From Serratia phage Moabite: DNA of 40,000 nt. The stretch lies in the sequence record MK994515.1; one strand, 5' to 3'. A model generated the notes under the pieces. The model saw only the letters and a program-made list of their open reading frames with translations. It made no database searches and was not told the origin of the DNA. Shown in pieces: positions 18,487-27,574 of this stretch. Within the stretch, counting starts at the first letter, position 1. Every line of letters starts with the position of its first letter. The position numbers and the translations under genes were made by a program.

Positions 18487-18857
18487 TCCTGAATAAACTG
18501 GATGGTTTGGAAGCTAAATACCGATTCCTTTATTCGTTAGTGAACACCGCTATATGGACAGGGATCTACGAAGGGGAATCGGATAAAACCCTTTCCTTCA
18601 ACGAACATTATTACAACGATCACATCGAGTACGTATACGACGACGAAGAGATGTCTGAAGAAACTCTACAGGCTAGGATGAAGGAGTTGGATTTCTTATC
18701 TGACTTATTCGCCCGGCCTGAGGGAATCAATCTCTTCGAGAACAGCCTGGCTACAATGGGTCGTTCTTTGTCAGATATCGTAGACGGTTTAGCCGATCCA
18801 GTTCTGGCTGTAGAAACCGCCTTGATTAGTCACTACGATGTTTCAGTTATGGATTAG
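18441..18857 (+). CDS. Hypothetical protein C, 138 aa
   Basis: AGGAGT Shine-Dalgarno before 18441; 46-nt overlap with B. Confidence 0.75.
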   Translation: MERIYRLDYPMSVQVILNKLDGLEAKYRFLYSLVNTAIWTGIYEGESDKTLSFNEHYYNDHIEYVYDDEEMSEETLQARMKELDFLSDLFARPEGINLFENSLATMGRSLSDIVDGLADPVLAVETALISHYDVSVMD

Positions 18858-18866
18858 AGGATTGCA

Positions 18867-19346
18867 ATGGGCAAGTTAGTTGTCGTAGATAGTTATTCGT
18901 TAACCGGGTTCTTGCTCAGTACAATACGACAGTTTATCCGTCGGTATCCTGAGTACCGTGAACGAATCGATCCGAACATTTCGATAAACAATTTGCAAGA
19001 AACTACCGAGCGCATCATCTGGAATATCATTCAGAAGGACAAGCGTTTCGGTTCCCCGGAGTATTGGGATGAGGTTCAGGAAATCGGGAAGTGGTTCAAG
19101 GGCTACGATCCCGAAGGCGTCTATATAGACGACCGTGGTGAAGAGCAAAATAGCGATGAGATGTCAGGTGAATTCTTCCGTGAAGTTATCGACATGTACG
19201 AAGTTCGTATCCGGTCAGTATTGGGATCGATCGGCGTAGATCTCAGCTGGGAATATTTGGAGTACGAGAAATCTACACCAACCGCTCTTCTATTACGGAG
19301 TCACGGTGACTATCGTATTTACGATTATCACAAACGTAATGGGTGA
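18867..19346 (+). CDS. Hypothetical protein D, 159 aa
   Basis: ORF with GAGG upstream. Confidence 0.75.
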   Translation: MGKLVVVDSYSLTGFLLSTIRQFIRRYPEYRERIDPNISINNLQETTERIIWNIIQKDKRFGSPEYWDEVQEIGKWFKGYDPEGVYIDDRGEEQNSDEMSGEFFREVIDMYEVRIRSVLGSIGVDLSWEYLEYEKSTPTALLLRSHGDYRIYDYHKRNG

Positions 19347-19349
19347 GTT

Positions 19350-19697
19350 ATGAGGACATGGTTGATTCCAGTAGAAACGCTACGGGCAAGATACACGAGG
19401 TTACTCGATAATGTAGATCGGGATGCGAAGAACTCAGTTAACGTTGAGGTGCATCTGAAATACTTGTTGGCTAACCTCATGGAACCCGATCTCTTCTCCT
19501 ACCGTGTTGATGAGATAGCGAACGACTTGAGTATGTTTGGTTTCGACCATATTGTCTTTGATTGTTTGGTCTTGGAGGTTAGTGATTTCTTCAAGAAACA
19601 AATAGTCTATCACACCGGATTACCCCCGCATCTTTTCGAAGGAAACTGGCACCTTGACTTCCCAACAAGAACGTTATCGGTCAGTGCATATTGTTGA
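19350..19697 (+). CDS. Hypothetical protein E, 115 aa
   Basis: ORF immediately after D. Confidence 0.7.
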   Translation: MRTWLIPVETLRARYTRLLDNVDRDAKNSVNVEVHLKYLLANLMEPDLFSYRVDEIANDLSMFGFDHIVFDCLVLEVSDFFKKQIVYHTGLPPHLFEGNWHLDFPTRTLSVSAYC

Positions 19698-20157
19698 TAT
19701 CTCGAACCTGCTCAGTCTATTTAAAGTCATGGTGAGTCCGTATGGGCTCTCCGTGGCTGATTGTGTTCGGGTAGCGTTCCTTTATGCCATGACCTATTCA
19801 GTAAACAGCGACGGTTCCTCTGTCTTTGACATGAGGTTACGTTATCGTATCGTTAATGAGATGGAGGTACTGGTCGAGAAATCGTTGATCAAACATCCAC
19901 TTAATAACGAAGAGGAGTATGAATTACATCGGACTAATATCTACCTGATGATTCAGAAAATGTCTCGTAATCTAGGGCCGCAATCCTCAGGGTACTTCGG
20001 CGTTATTGATTCTATAGAGGATATAATGTTCGATTTTGATCTCACCTTAGGAACGCTCTATGTTAGATTTAAGAAGCCCGCCTGGGAGGCATTCAAAGAG
20101 AATAGTTCTATATCTCGACTACAAAGAGGAAATCCACGATCTCTATCTCAGCCTTAG
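19654..20157 (+). CDS. Hypothetical protein F, 167 aa (TTG start)
   Basis: GAAGGA before TTG at 19654; 44-nt overlap with E. Confidence 0.7.
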   Translation: MTSQQERYRSVHIVDISNLLSLFKVMVSPYGLSVADCVRVAFLYAMTYSVNSDGSSVFDMRLRYRIVNEMEVLVEKSLIKHPLNNEEEYELHRTNIYLMIQKMSRNLGPQSSGYFGVIDSIEDIMFDFDLTLGTLYVRFKKPAWEAFKENSSISRLQRGNPRSLSQP

Positions 20158-20467
20158 TAAAGACTGGGGGATCATTGGAGCACCTCGATTGTTGATCGAA
20201 GGGGCTATCAACTCTATTACGGCCTCTACGCCTCCTAAGGTAATACTTAAGGAACTCTCCGAAATCATCATGTTAGTTCGTAATCCGTTCTTCCAGAAAG
20301 AGAATTGGGACATGAACAACTGGATGTCTGACGCACTCGTTTTTTACGGCATGTTTCAAAAGTTCTATGCGCATGTTCTGATTGCCAGGAACTTAACCGG
20401 GGAGTACTCCGTATCATCTATCGACTTCAGTCAATCTTCAATAAGGTTGATGTTGGAGAAACCATGA
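20060..20467 (+). CDS. Hypothetical protein G, 135 aa
   Basis: TTAGGAA before ATG at 20060; 98-nt overlap with F. Confidence 0.65.
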   Translation: MLDLRSPPGRHSKRIVLYLDYKEEIHDLYLSLSKDWGIIGAPRLLIEGAINSITASTPPKVILKELSEIIMLVRNPFFQKENWDMNNWMSDALVFYGMFQKFYAHVLIARNLTGEYSVSSIDFSQSSIRLMLEKP

Positions 20468-20904
20468 TTAACCGTAACTTCACTTCCACGGCACTATTCG
20501 AGATTCGTGGATGGAATGCAAGTGTTCTAGATGCATTCGTAAAGAGGCACGCTCCGGATCTAACTGGCCCGGAGTTACTTAAGTATGCTGCTCAGTTGTC
20601 TTTGGATTACTACATCCATCCCAATGGAGAAGCGTTTGATAATCTCCAGGATAATCTTGAAGAACAGTTTGGTTATAACGAGTTGACGGAAGATAGCCCG
20701 GATTACGTTTATGAGCAAATTGAACGTGAAGTGCAAGTATATGTGGAAATCGTATCTGACTTCGCAAGGTATCTTGATAAAGAAATCGAACGCATCGCCA
20801 ACCGTATCGACATCCCGTTGAGCCGAGTCAGTATTGATCGTGCTTTCGTACGCGGGCACACATTCGGTTTACAGTTAGTCGATTATGACCGGGAGGTTTG
20901 GTGA
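20464..20904 (+). CDS. Hypothetical protein H, 146 aa
   Basis: ATGA overlap with G. Confidence 0.75.
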   Translation: MINRNFTSTALFEIRGWNASVLDAFVKRHAPDLTGPELLKYAAQLSLDYYIHPNGEAFDNLQDNLEEQFGYNELTEDSPDYVYEQIEREVQVYVEIVSDFARYLDKEIERIANRIDIPLSRVSIDRAFVRGHTFGLQLVDYDREVW

Positions 20905-21356
20905 GCACCGTAGCTAAAGTAATTGTCTTTGAAGCACTTGAGTATTTAAGGCTGTTGGAAAACCTGTGTTCTGTAGTAGAAGCCTCTGACGAAATGGTAT
21001 ATGTCAGCCGTGAAGGTATTACCCATTGTATTCTGGATGATATCATGAGCGGCGGCACATTCGAGGGTTCTATGCGGGGCTATGTGTTTGCCGATAGTAA
21101 ATGTAAAATGGATGTTGCTCTTGAAATAATCGAAGAGCAGCGTGAGTTATTAAGGAATGAATTGACTCAGGTAATGATGCGTCAGTGCATGGGTGTAATC
21201 AAAGATGCCTCTTTCATTGATAACTTCACCATACTCGGGTTAACTAAATCCATTGCGATGAGATACCTGACAAATGATTCTGAAATGTTACCACAGCAGC
21301 GTATATCTCCCCGTCGTAATTGGGGAATACGTAGACGCGATAACCGGGCGTATTAA
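20901..21356 (+). CDS. Hypothetical protein I, 151 aa (GTG start)
   Basis: GGGAGG upstream; GTGA overlap with H. Confidence 0.7.
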   Translation: MSTVAKVIVFEALEYLRLLENLCSVVEASDEMVYVSREGITHCILDDIMSGGTFEGSMRGYVFADSKCKMDVALEIIEEQRELLRNELTQVMMRQCMGVIKDASFIDNFTILGLTKSIAMRYLTNDSEMLPQQRISPRRNWGIRRRDNRAY

Positions 21357-21654
21357 GAAAGAGGCTAGCGAGTCTGGGGAAGATCTGGAGATCGACCCCG
21401 TCTTCGTCATGGAAGAAGCCGTTAAAGAGATTGAATGGTGTTTCATTGAACTGTTGTCTCTCGAGGAAGGAGCGCCGCCTACTTTCGATTGGTTAATTAA
21501 CTCGAGTTTACCTGCAATCAACTTCTATCGTTCTTTGATGGATACCGATGTCTTCACCCATCTACGCAATGAGGAGTTCGACTTCGTAAGTCTGGATGTT
21601 ATGAATTCTTGCGAAATCTTAGTAACTCTGAAATGGAGAAGTAAAAATGGCTGA
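21274..21654 (+). CDS. Hypothetical protein J, 126 aa
   Basis: ORF; 83-nt overlap with I; start uncertain. Confidence 0.6.
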   Translation: MILKCYHSSVYLPVVIGEYVDAITGRIKKEASESGEDLEIDPVFVMEEAVKEIEWCFIELLSLEEGAPPTFDWLINSSLPAINFYRSLMDTDVFTHLRNEEFDFVSLDVMNSCEILVTLKWRSKNG

Positions 21655-22072
21655 AGCAGGTAACAAGATCCTGGGTAAGTTTAACCTGGGTGATCGGGTT
21701 ACGTTCCAGATTTACCCGGTGACACTTTACGGTGACATTTTCCGTAACTGCGTCCCTACTGACCTTATCTCGTTCAAGTCAACGCCTCGCTTTAATGTCG
21801 ATGCTGCGGCTGAACACGCTAAGGTCTACAACTTACTTCCACCTGGCCAAGCGCCAAATGACCCTGCGGGTTATAAGTGGTTAGTAGTTACTCTGGAGAA
21901 CGGCGATGAGCGCGTAATCGGGTTACCTTGGATTAAGGTTGATACAATCCAGGTAATCCAGGTAGTTAACACCTACGTGACTATCCCGAACACTGCCCCA
22001 GAAGATCAAGAGAAGATTCGACTGGCACTCTCTGCCGCAGGTTTCAACGACGTCGAAATCAATCAACGATAA
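21647..22072 (+). CDS. Hypothetical protein, 141 aa
   Basis: ORF overlapping J by 8 nt; followed by a terminator. Confidence 0.8.
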   Translation: MAEAGNKILGKFNLGDRVTFQIYPVTLYGDIFRNCVPTDLISFKSTPRFNVDAAAEHAKVYNLLPPGQAPNDPAGYKWLVVTLENGDERVIGLPWIKVDTIQVIQVVNTYVTIPNTAPEDQEKIRLALSAAGFNDVEINQR

Positions 22073-22078
22073 CATACT

Positions 22079-22112
22079 CCTCCCTCTGCCTAATGGCAGA
22101 GGGAGGGCTATT
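22079..22112 (+). terminator. Rho-independent-like terminator closing the small-gene cassette
   Basis: CCTCCCTCTGCC-TAAT-GGCAGAGGGAGG then T-rich sequence. Confidence 0.75.
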
Positions 22113-22188
22113 TATTCTCTTTCTTTTTTCTTTTACGTCATGGGCTGATGGTATAGATGAAAGTTTAAGATTAGAAAAAGGGATTAAC

Positions 22189-24417
22189 ATGTCCGCTAAT
22201 ATTCAGAACCCATTTAATCGTCCTGCGTCACACTACACGCGTAACATCGATGTCATTACGGGTTACATCGAACAGAATACTTTACTCCTCCATAAGTCAA
22301 CCGGACTTCCGATGGATGAGTGCGAAGCTTTCGTAAGGGAAGAACTCTTCGAAGGCCCGAATAAAATGAAGGATCCTGAGTTCCTGTTATTGGAAAGGGA
22401 CGACGAACTCGATCAGCATCCTAAAGCAGTGAAGTTTACTCAGTACATCAGTACAGTGACTTCAAACGGCTGGTTACTGGCACCTACCTTCACTACGGTA
22501 CTGCCACCGCACATCAAACAGTCTCTGCTTTCTGAATACATCAAAGGAAACTTGAGCAAACGTTCCGCTGAGAAGCACTTGATGTTTGAAGCCGAGCGTA
22601 AAGGTAACGGGTTTAAAGCAACGTTCCACAAGAACAACCAGAACAACAAAAAGATCCTGAACAACGCCATCTCAGGCAACCACCGTTCTGAGCACAGTCC
22701 GTTACATGACCGTAGTACTCACCCGGTGTTGACTTCGTGCTGTCGTATTGCTAACGGTAGTGCTAACTCCAACGATGATCGGTTGTTGTCCGGTAACCGT
22801 CACTATTGGAAGCCTGAAGTTGTACTGAACAATATCAGTAGTATCCTCAGCCTGAGCAATTGGGACGAAGTGGAAGAAGCGGTAGTGAAGCATAACCTCC
22901 ATATCCCGACAGTGGATGAAGTTATGGAAGTTATCCGTTGGGGTAGTGACCTTTATTGGGGTCGTGGTAACCCTGACTCACCAGCTCACCGTACGATCCG
23001 TAAGTACGTAGAGGGTTGCACGGATATCGAGCGTGCAGGTATTGTTTATACCGGCGACCTTTACCACTTACGTAAATACAACGAACCGTTAGTACGTGAC
23101 TTCATCTCTGGTTTGGTTACTCCAGCTACCGAGATCGATCCTGATCACGAAGCGTGGCTGAAACACGTAGATGATGACACCATCGCACAGATGAAAGTTA
23201 TGTTCCCACACATTCTCTTGGAAGAGGATCTTTGGGACGACTACGAGGAAGTGAGTCAACGTGAAGGCTTTGGTCTGATGGGCACAACGTGCAAACAGAT
23301 CTACCAGAAGCTGGACAAGTATAAGGAGATCATCAACGTCTTCTTCATGTCTAAGAACATTCCGTTCCTGACGTGTGACTTCCCTCACTCCATCCGTCGT
23401 AGTGGTGTAGGTTCAGATACAGACTCCGCAATCTTTACGGTGCAGGATTGGGTACAATGGTATTCTGGTCACAACCGCGTGAACCATGAGAACATCATCA
23501 TAGCCGAATCTATGGGCTTCATTGTATCTCAAACCACAACACACAACCTGGCTAGCTTGGCGGGTAACATGGGTGTTGTAGAACCTAAAGAAGTATTCCG
23601 CCTCTCAATGAAGAACGAATACCTGTTCCCTATCTTTACTCTTACGTCTCGTGCTAAGCACTACTTTGCTAACATGGCGGTACAAGAGGGGGTAATCTTT
23701 AAGAAGTATAAACGTGAGAAGAAAGGTGTGGAGTTAATCGCATCTAACTCACCGGCCGGGGTACGTGCTGACCTTGACAGAATCATCGAGGAAATCACTG
23801 ACCTGGCTACGGAAGATAAAAAGATTAACCTCGCTCGTTACTTACGCTGGGTAGCTCGTTGGGAATACACCATTTACGATTCTATTCGTAACGGTGAAGT
23901 AACTTACCTGAAAGCTGCTCGTGTAAAAGAGGAAGATGGTTACGAAGGTGAAAACACCCCTTACCTGAACTATGAGTTGTGGCAGGAAGTGTTCGCGCCT
24001 AAGTATGGTTTGATCGAACCACCTCCGTATTCTGCTTTGGCGTTTAGCATTATTCATGACACCAAGAAGAAAACGGATAACTGGTTGAATACGTGGGAAG
24101 ATCAGGAGATGGCTGGTCGCTTCCGTAAATGGTTAGCGTCTAAAGGGAAGAGTTACGTTGGTCGTATGTTGCTGCCTGAGAGTATCATTATCTCCATGGG
24201 TATTCCATCAGAGATTCTGGATGCAATCGACGTTCGCAAGATTATCGGTTCAGCAATGAGCCCGATGTACCTGGTCTTAGAGAGCCTGGACTACTATCTG
24301 TTTGACAGTAACCAGACTCGCCTTATCTTTGACCACATCGACCGTGACGTAGCCTTTATGGACGTAGACCAAGTGGACTCAGCACTTCGGACTCAAGTAG
24401 TTGAAGAGTTCGATTAA
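22189..24417 (+). CDS. Divergent family-B-like DNA polymerase (phiKZ type)
   Basis: 742 aa from ATG at 22189; KKILNNAISG (motif B-like) and GVGSDTDSAIFT (motif C-like DTDS). Confidence 0.7.
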   Translation: MSANIQNPFNRPASHYTRNIDVITGYIEQNTLLLHKSTGLPMDECEAFVREELFEGPNKMKDPEFLLLERDDELDQHPKAVKFTQYISTVTSNGWLLAPTFTTVLPPHIKQSLLSEYIKGNLSKRSAEKHLMFEAERKGNGFKATFHKNNQNNKKILNNAISGNHRSEHSPLHDRSTHPVLTSCCRIANGSANSNDDRLLSGNRHYWKPEVVLNNISSILSLSNWDEVEEAVVKHNLHIPTVDEVMEVIRWGSDLYWGRGNPDSPAHRTIRKYVEGCTDIERAGIVYTGDLYHLRKYNEPLVRDFISGLVTPATEIDPDHEAWLKHVDDDTIAQMKVMFPHILLEEDLWDDYEEVSQREGFGLMGTTCKQIYQKLDKYKEIINVFFMSKNIPFLTCDFPHSIRRSGVGSDTDSAIFTVQDWVQWYSGHNRVNHENIIIAESMGFIVSQTTTHNLASLAGNMGVVEPKEVFRLSMKNEYLFPIFTLTSRAKHYFANMAVQEGVIFKKYKREKKGVELIASNSPAGVRADLDRIIEEITDLATEDKKINLARYLRWVARWEYTIYDSIRNGEVTYLKAARVKEEDGYEGENTPYLNYELWQEVFAPKYGLIEPPPYSALAFSIIHDTKKKTDNWLNTWEDQEMAGRFRKWLASKGKSYVGRMLLPESIIISMGIPSEILDAIDVRKIIGSAMSPMYLVLESLDYYLFDSNQTRLIFDHIDRDVAFMDVDQVDSALRTQVVEEFD

Positions 24418-25453
24418 CATCGACGCCGGTAATCCCATTGAAGTAGTTACCGTTCTTTAACCGATTGAAATAGCGATCAAGGTATTGAGCAACGCGGGTA
24501 TTGTTCTGCGTCTTAGTCTCTTTACCTGCCCAGGCAAGGAACGCCAGGTATCGCATATAAGCCAAGGTATAAATACCTAGGTTCTGTCGGTTGAAGAACG
24601 TATCCGGGATTCGCAGTTTATCTGCGAGGTTATCCAGGAAGATCAGAGGGATCTGAGCTGGCAAAGTAAGGAAGTCTTTGTTGGCAGTACGTAACCGATT
24701 GATCAAGTCGGCAATAACTGAATCTGCAGGTGTGTTTAAATCCACGGAGGCCAGTCCAATTCGTTTGGGTTGGCTTACCATGGGTTTATGCTCCCATCTC
24801 GCTACCAGACGGTTAAAGAAGCAAGTATCGATATCGCTACTGATCATGTTCACCAATGGGTATTGATAAACGAACTGAGTAACTAGCGGTTTGACTTCGC
24901 TATATGCCTGGACATTAGCTTTCCATTTAACGAACTGGAGAGCAAGTAAACCGATGTCCAATTCTAGGAAAGCACCGGCCTTACCGATCGGATAATCTTC
25001 ACCGTTACGAGTCTGCATGGTCAAGTCGGTAAATGGATGAGATATTACCTTAATAGGTTCCAAGTCCATCCAGATGTCTGTCACGTCCAAATTGGTTGGG
25101 TAGCGACGCTTGACGCAGATAATGAATTCGCGAACGCTTTTAGGGAAGAAAGAGTTCTTACTCAGCGCACCTGAGAGTTGAACTTCATTGTTCAGCCCAA
25201 GTGCACGGATGATCTTATCAGCCTGGGTGTTAACACGGTAATAAAAGTCTTCATCATTACCCAGGTACTGGACTGCTACGTGCTGAAGAACCTGGACCAG
25301 GATATGGTCTGACTCCACTGCGTGTACAGATTTACGGTACCAGTATTTGGTACGAACCAAATTCGATTGAGCATTGTTCCTGAGGAGATTCATGGCGCCA
25401 GGCGTATAATCCCTGACGTTATCTGTCCTTAGGTCTTTGAATATTTCGATCAT
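24356..25453 (-). CDS. Hypothetical protein, 365 aa (possible virion protein)
   Basis: Long minus-strand ORF; 3' end overlaps the polymerase gene by 62 nt. Confidence 0.85.
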   Translation of the reverse strand: MIEIFKDLRTDNVRDYTPGAMNLLRNNAQSNLVRTKYWYRKSVHAVESDHILVQVLQHVAVQYLGNDEDFYYRVNTQADKIIRALGLNNEVQLSGALSKNSFFPKSVREFIICVKRRYPTNLDVTDIWMDLEPIKVISHPFTDLTMQTRNGEDYPIGKAGAFLELDIGLLALQFVKWKANVQAYSEVKPLVTQFVYQYPLVNMISSDIDTCFFNRLVARWEHKPMVSQPKRIGLASVDLNTPADSVIADLINRLRTANKDFLTLPAQIPLIFLDNLADKLRIPDTFFNRQNLGIYTLAYMRYLAFLAWAGKETKTQNNTRVAQYLDRYFNRLKNGNYFNGITGVDVNRTLQLLESEVLSPLGLRP

Positions 25454-25476
25454 CGTTTACCTCATGGGTAAAGGGT

Positions 25477-25494
25477 TAGGTAATTTTTTACATA
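25477..25494 (-). promoter_or_regulatory. Candidate late-type promoter element (TATGTAAAAAATTACCTAAC)
   Basis: Shared with the element at 16200-16216; contains TATG. Confidence 0.4.
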
Positions 25495-25544
25495 CGATCC
25501 ATTAGATATGTAAAAGTAACTATTCCGATTGGAATTGTTGCTAG

Positions 25545-25568
25545 GTACGTATAATCTATTATATGTAC
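25545..25568. promoter_or_regulatory. 24-bp near-perfect palindrome upstream of chmA
   Basis: GTACGTATAAT-CT-ATTATATGTAC, arms match 10/11. Confidence 0.55.
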
Positions 25569-25610
25569 AAACTATTCTTGGGTGCCTCGGGGTGCTCAGG
25601 TCGTACTATA

Positions 25611-25622
25611 GGCTATATAGCC
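25611..25622. promoter_or_regulatory. 12-bp perfect palindrome upstream of chmA
   Basis: GGCTATATAGCC. Confidence 0.5.
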
Positions 25623-25644
25623 GAAATGAAACTTTTTTCACGTC

Positions 25645-25660
25645 TATATTCCTACTATGA
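25645..25660 (+). promoter_or_regulatory. Candidate early promoter variant upstream of chmA
   Basis: TTTTTCA-CGTC-TATATTCCTACTATGA, 2 mismatches to TATATTACTACAATGA. Confidence 0.55.
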
Positions 25661-25741
25661 AGATAAACAAAGATGTTTGTTCTTCAACTAATTACTTTCA
25701 TTGCAATGAAACAATAAACAATGCTTTTAAGGAGCAAAACA

Positions 25742-27574
25742 ATGAGTCTGTCTGACCAAAACGTTAACGAAGCTAAAAACACCCAACGCGCTGCAGCTGC
25801 ACAGGGTCAACAACCTCGCGAACAAGCAGGCCGTCGTCTGAACACCAACATCTTCGAAAGCGGCCAACTGGTACAAGCCGGCGTTTCCGGTAACGAACTG
25901 ACCACTTTCATCGAGCGCTTCAACGCTTATCACGACGCAAACAAAGCTGCTCTGTCCGCCGGCGGTCAACTGACCTGGGCCGTAATCCCAGCATCTTCTG
26001 GCGAAACCAAAATGAAGCTGGATGCAGCTGTCGTTGTCGGTAAAGCCACTACCTCCGAAGGCGTGATCACCACTGCACTGACTCTGCTGTTCACCGGCGG
26101 CCAGCCTCTGCCGAAGCAAGTCGTAGAGATCAGCAACCGTAACGAGCGTCAGTACTCTGCCGTCGCGAACGATCAGTTCACCGAAGCGTATCAGAAAAAG
26201 CTGACCGAAATCATCAACCGCAAAGCTCCTTACATGGGCGAAGCTGAAAACATCGTTCTGATGGGCGCCGTGGCAGTAACCAACGCGCAACTGAGCGAAG
26301 CGAAGTGTGAAGACCTGATCATCTCCGCGGTGAACTCCGTCTTCGGTTACCTGGGCAACATGCTGCGTACCGAACACTTCTCTCTGACCGATGCGATCGA
26401 CTCTCAGCGCAGCGAGTTCGTTTCTCGCGTGATCTACAATCAGGGCGATGCCCATGACGAAATCACCGAGCGTCCTCGTCGTCGCGATCTGGCCGTCGAA
26501 GTATCTCTGGCAACCAAAGGTCAGCGTAACCGTGTGTCTAACGCACTGGAAAACGCTGAAGGCGCAATGGACATCGCAACCATCGAAGGTTACGTTGATC
26601 TGCTGTTCCTGGGTCGTCCGGATGGTCAGCAACGTCGTTCTCGCTACCGTTCTCAGCGTGAAGAAGACGCAGCGCGTCAGATCTACGGTAAAAACCTGGT
26701 CATCACCCACATGAAGCACGAAGCTTCTCCTGAGCACCTGTGCCTGGCACTGGCCCAGATCCCTGTACTGATCAACGAAAACGTTCTGACCACTGGCCTG
26801 AAGCCAGCCGGCGACAACGCGAAACTGCGTACTCCGGTTGCTCTGACCTACGAGCTGGACGAAGAGTTCGAAGCAGTGCCGGACGTTCTGGACGATGCAG
26901 AGTGGGCTGACCTGACCGACGTAGTGATCCAACCGGATCAGAACTTCGTAACCGTACTGATCGACGAAACCGGCATCACCACCCAACAGCAGAAACTGCT
27001 GCTGCAAGCGACCGACCGCATGAACCCGAACCGCGACCTGTTCGCAGACATGCTGGTACAAGCGGCTGATAACCTGACCAAAGGCGCCTTCATGGAAAGC
27101 CTGGGCGCAGCGCGTATCAACCCGCTGGATATCGGCGAACGTCAAGACCGTATCGTCCTGCTGGGCGAATGGACTGACGACCGTGGCCAAATCCGTTCTC
27201 TGACCGAAATCGACTACTACGCGATCCTGACTGCCTTCGGCCAGAAAGATCGTCGCATCGTAGAAGACTGGGATCGTTGCCAGAACGATGTAAGCCTGCC
27301 GATCGAAATCCGTCTGGCGAAAATGGAAGAGATCATCGACCAATTCACCGGCGGTTCCTATCGCATCACCGGTCACGGTGTTCCAGTACTGGTTAACACC
27401 CAGTGGCTGTTCACTCTGACCAACGCCGCCGAGCGCGCTGGTATGGTTACTCAGGCTGACGGTATCTATCAGGATACTCGTTTCCGTCGTGGTTTCCAAT
27501 CTCAGTACGCTACTTCCGGTTACGCCGGCAAAGCGTTCCGTATGCGTGGTACTGGTCGCAACGATTACTTCTAA
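25742..27574 (+). CDS. chmA: Chimallin (phage nucleus shell protein) candidate, 610 aa
   Basis: Size, AAGGAG Shine-Dalgarno, strong codon bias, early-type promoter, and position directly upstream of the nvRNAP beta' N-terminal gene as in phiKZ gp54-gp55. Confidence 0.8.
   Translation: MSLSDQNVNEAKNTQRAAAAQGQQPREQAGRRLNTNIFESGQLVQAGVSGNELTTFIERFNAYHDANKAALSAGGQLTWAVIPASSGETKMKLDAAVVVGKATTSEGVITTALTLLFTGGQPLPKQVVEISNRNERQYSAVANDQFTEAYQKKLTEIINRKAPYMGEAENIVLMGAVAVTNAQLSEAKCEDLIISAVNSVFGYLGNMLRTEHFSLTDAIDSQRSEFVSRVIYNQGDAHDEITERPRRRDLAVEVSLATKGQRNRVSNALENAEGAMDIATIEGYVDLLFLGRPDGQQRRSRYRSQREEDAARQIYGKNLVITHMKHEASPEHLCLALAQIPVLINENVLTTGLKPAGDNAKLRTPVALTYELDEEFEAVPDVLDDAEWADLTDVVIQPDQNFVTVLIDETGITTQQQKLLLQATDRMNPNRDLFADMLVQAADNLTKGAFMESLGAARINPLDIGERQDRIVLLGEWTDDRGQIRSLTEIDYYAILTAFGQKDRRIVEDWDRCQNDVSLPIEIRLAKMEEIIDQFTGGSYRITGHGVPVLVNTQWLFTLTNAAERAGMVTQADGIYQDTRFRRGFQSQYATSGYAGKAFRMRGTGRNDYF

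Noticed and set aside
22093-22188. N-terminal extension of the polymerase ORF (MAEGGLFILFLF...)
   Set aside because: Begins inside the terminator hairpin; the ATG at 22189 has AAAAGGG upstream and is a better start.
25727-27499. 590-aa minus-strand ORF antisense to the chmA candidate
   Set aside because: It mirrors the plus-strand gene. Long antisense ORFs are expected from strong codon bias avoiding reverse-strand stops, and there is no convincing Shine-Dalgarno.
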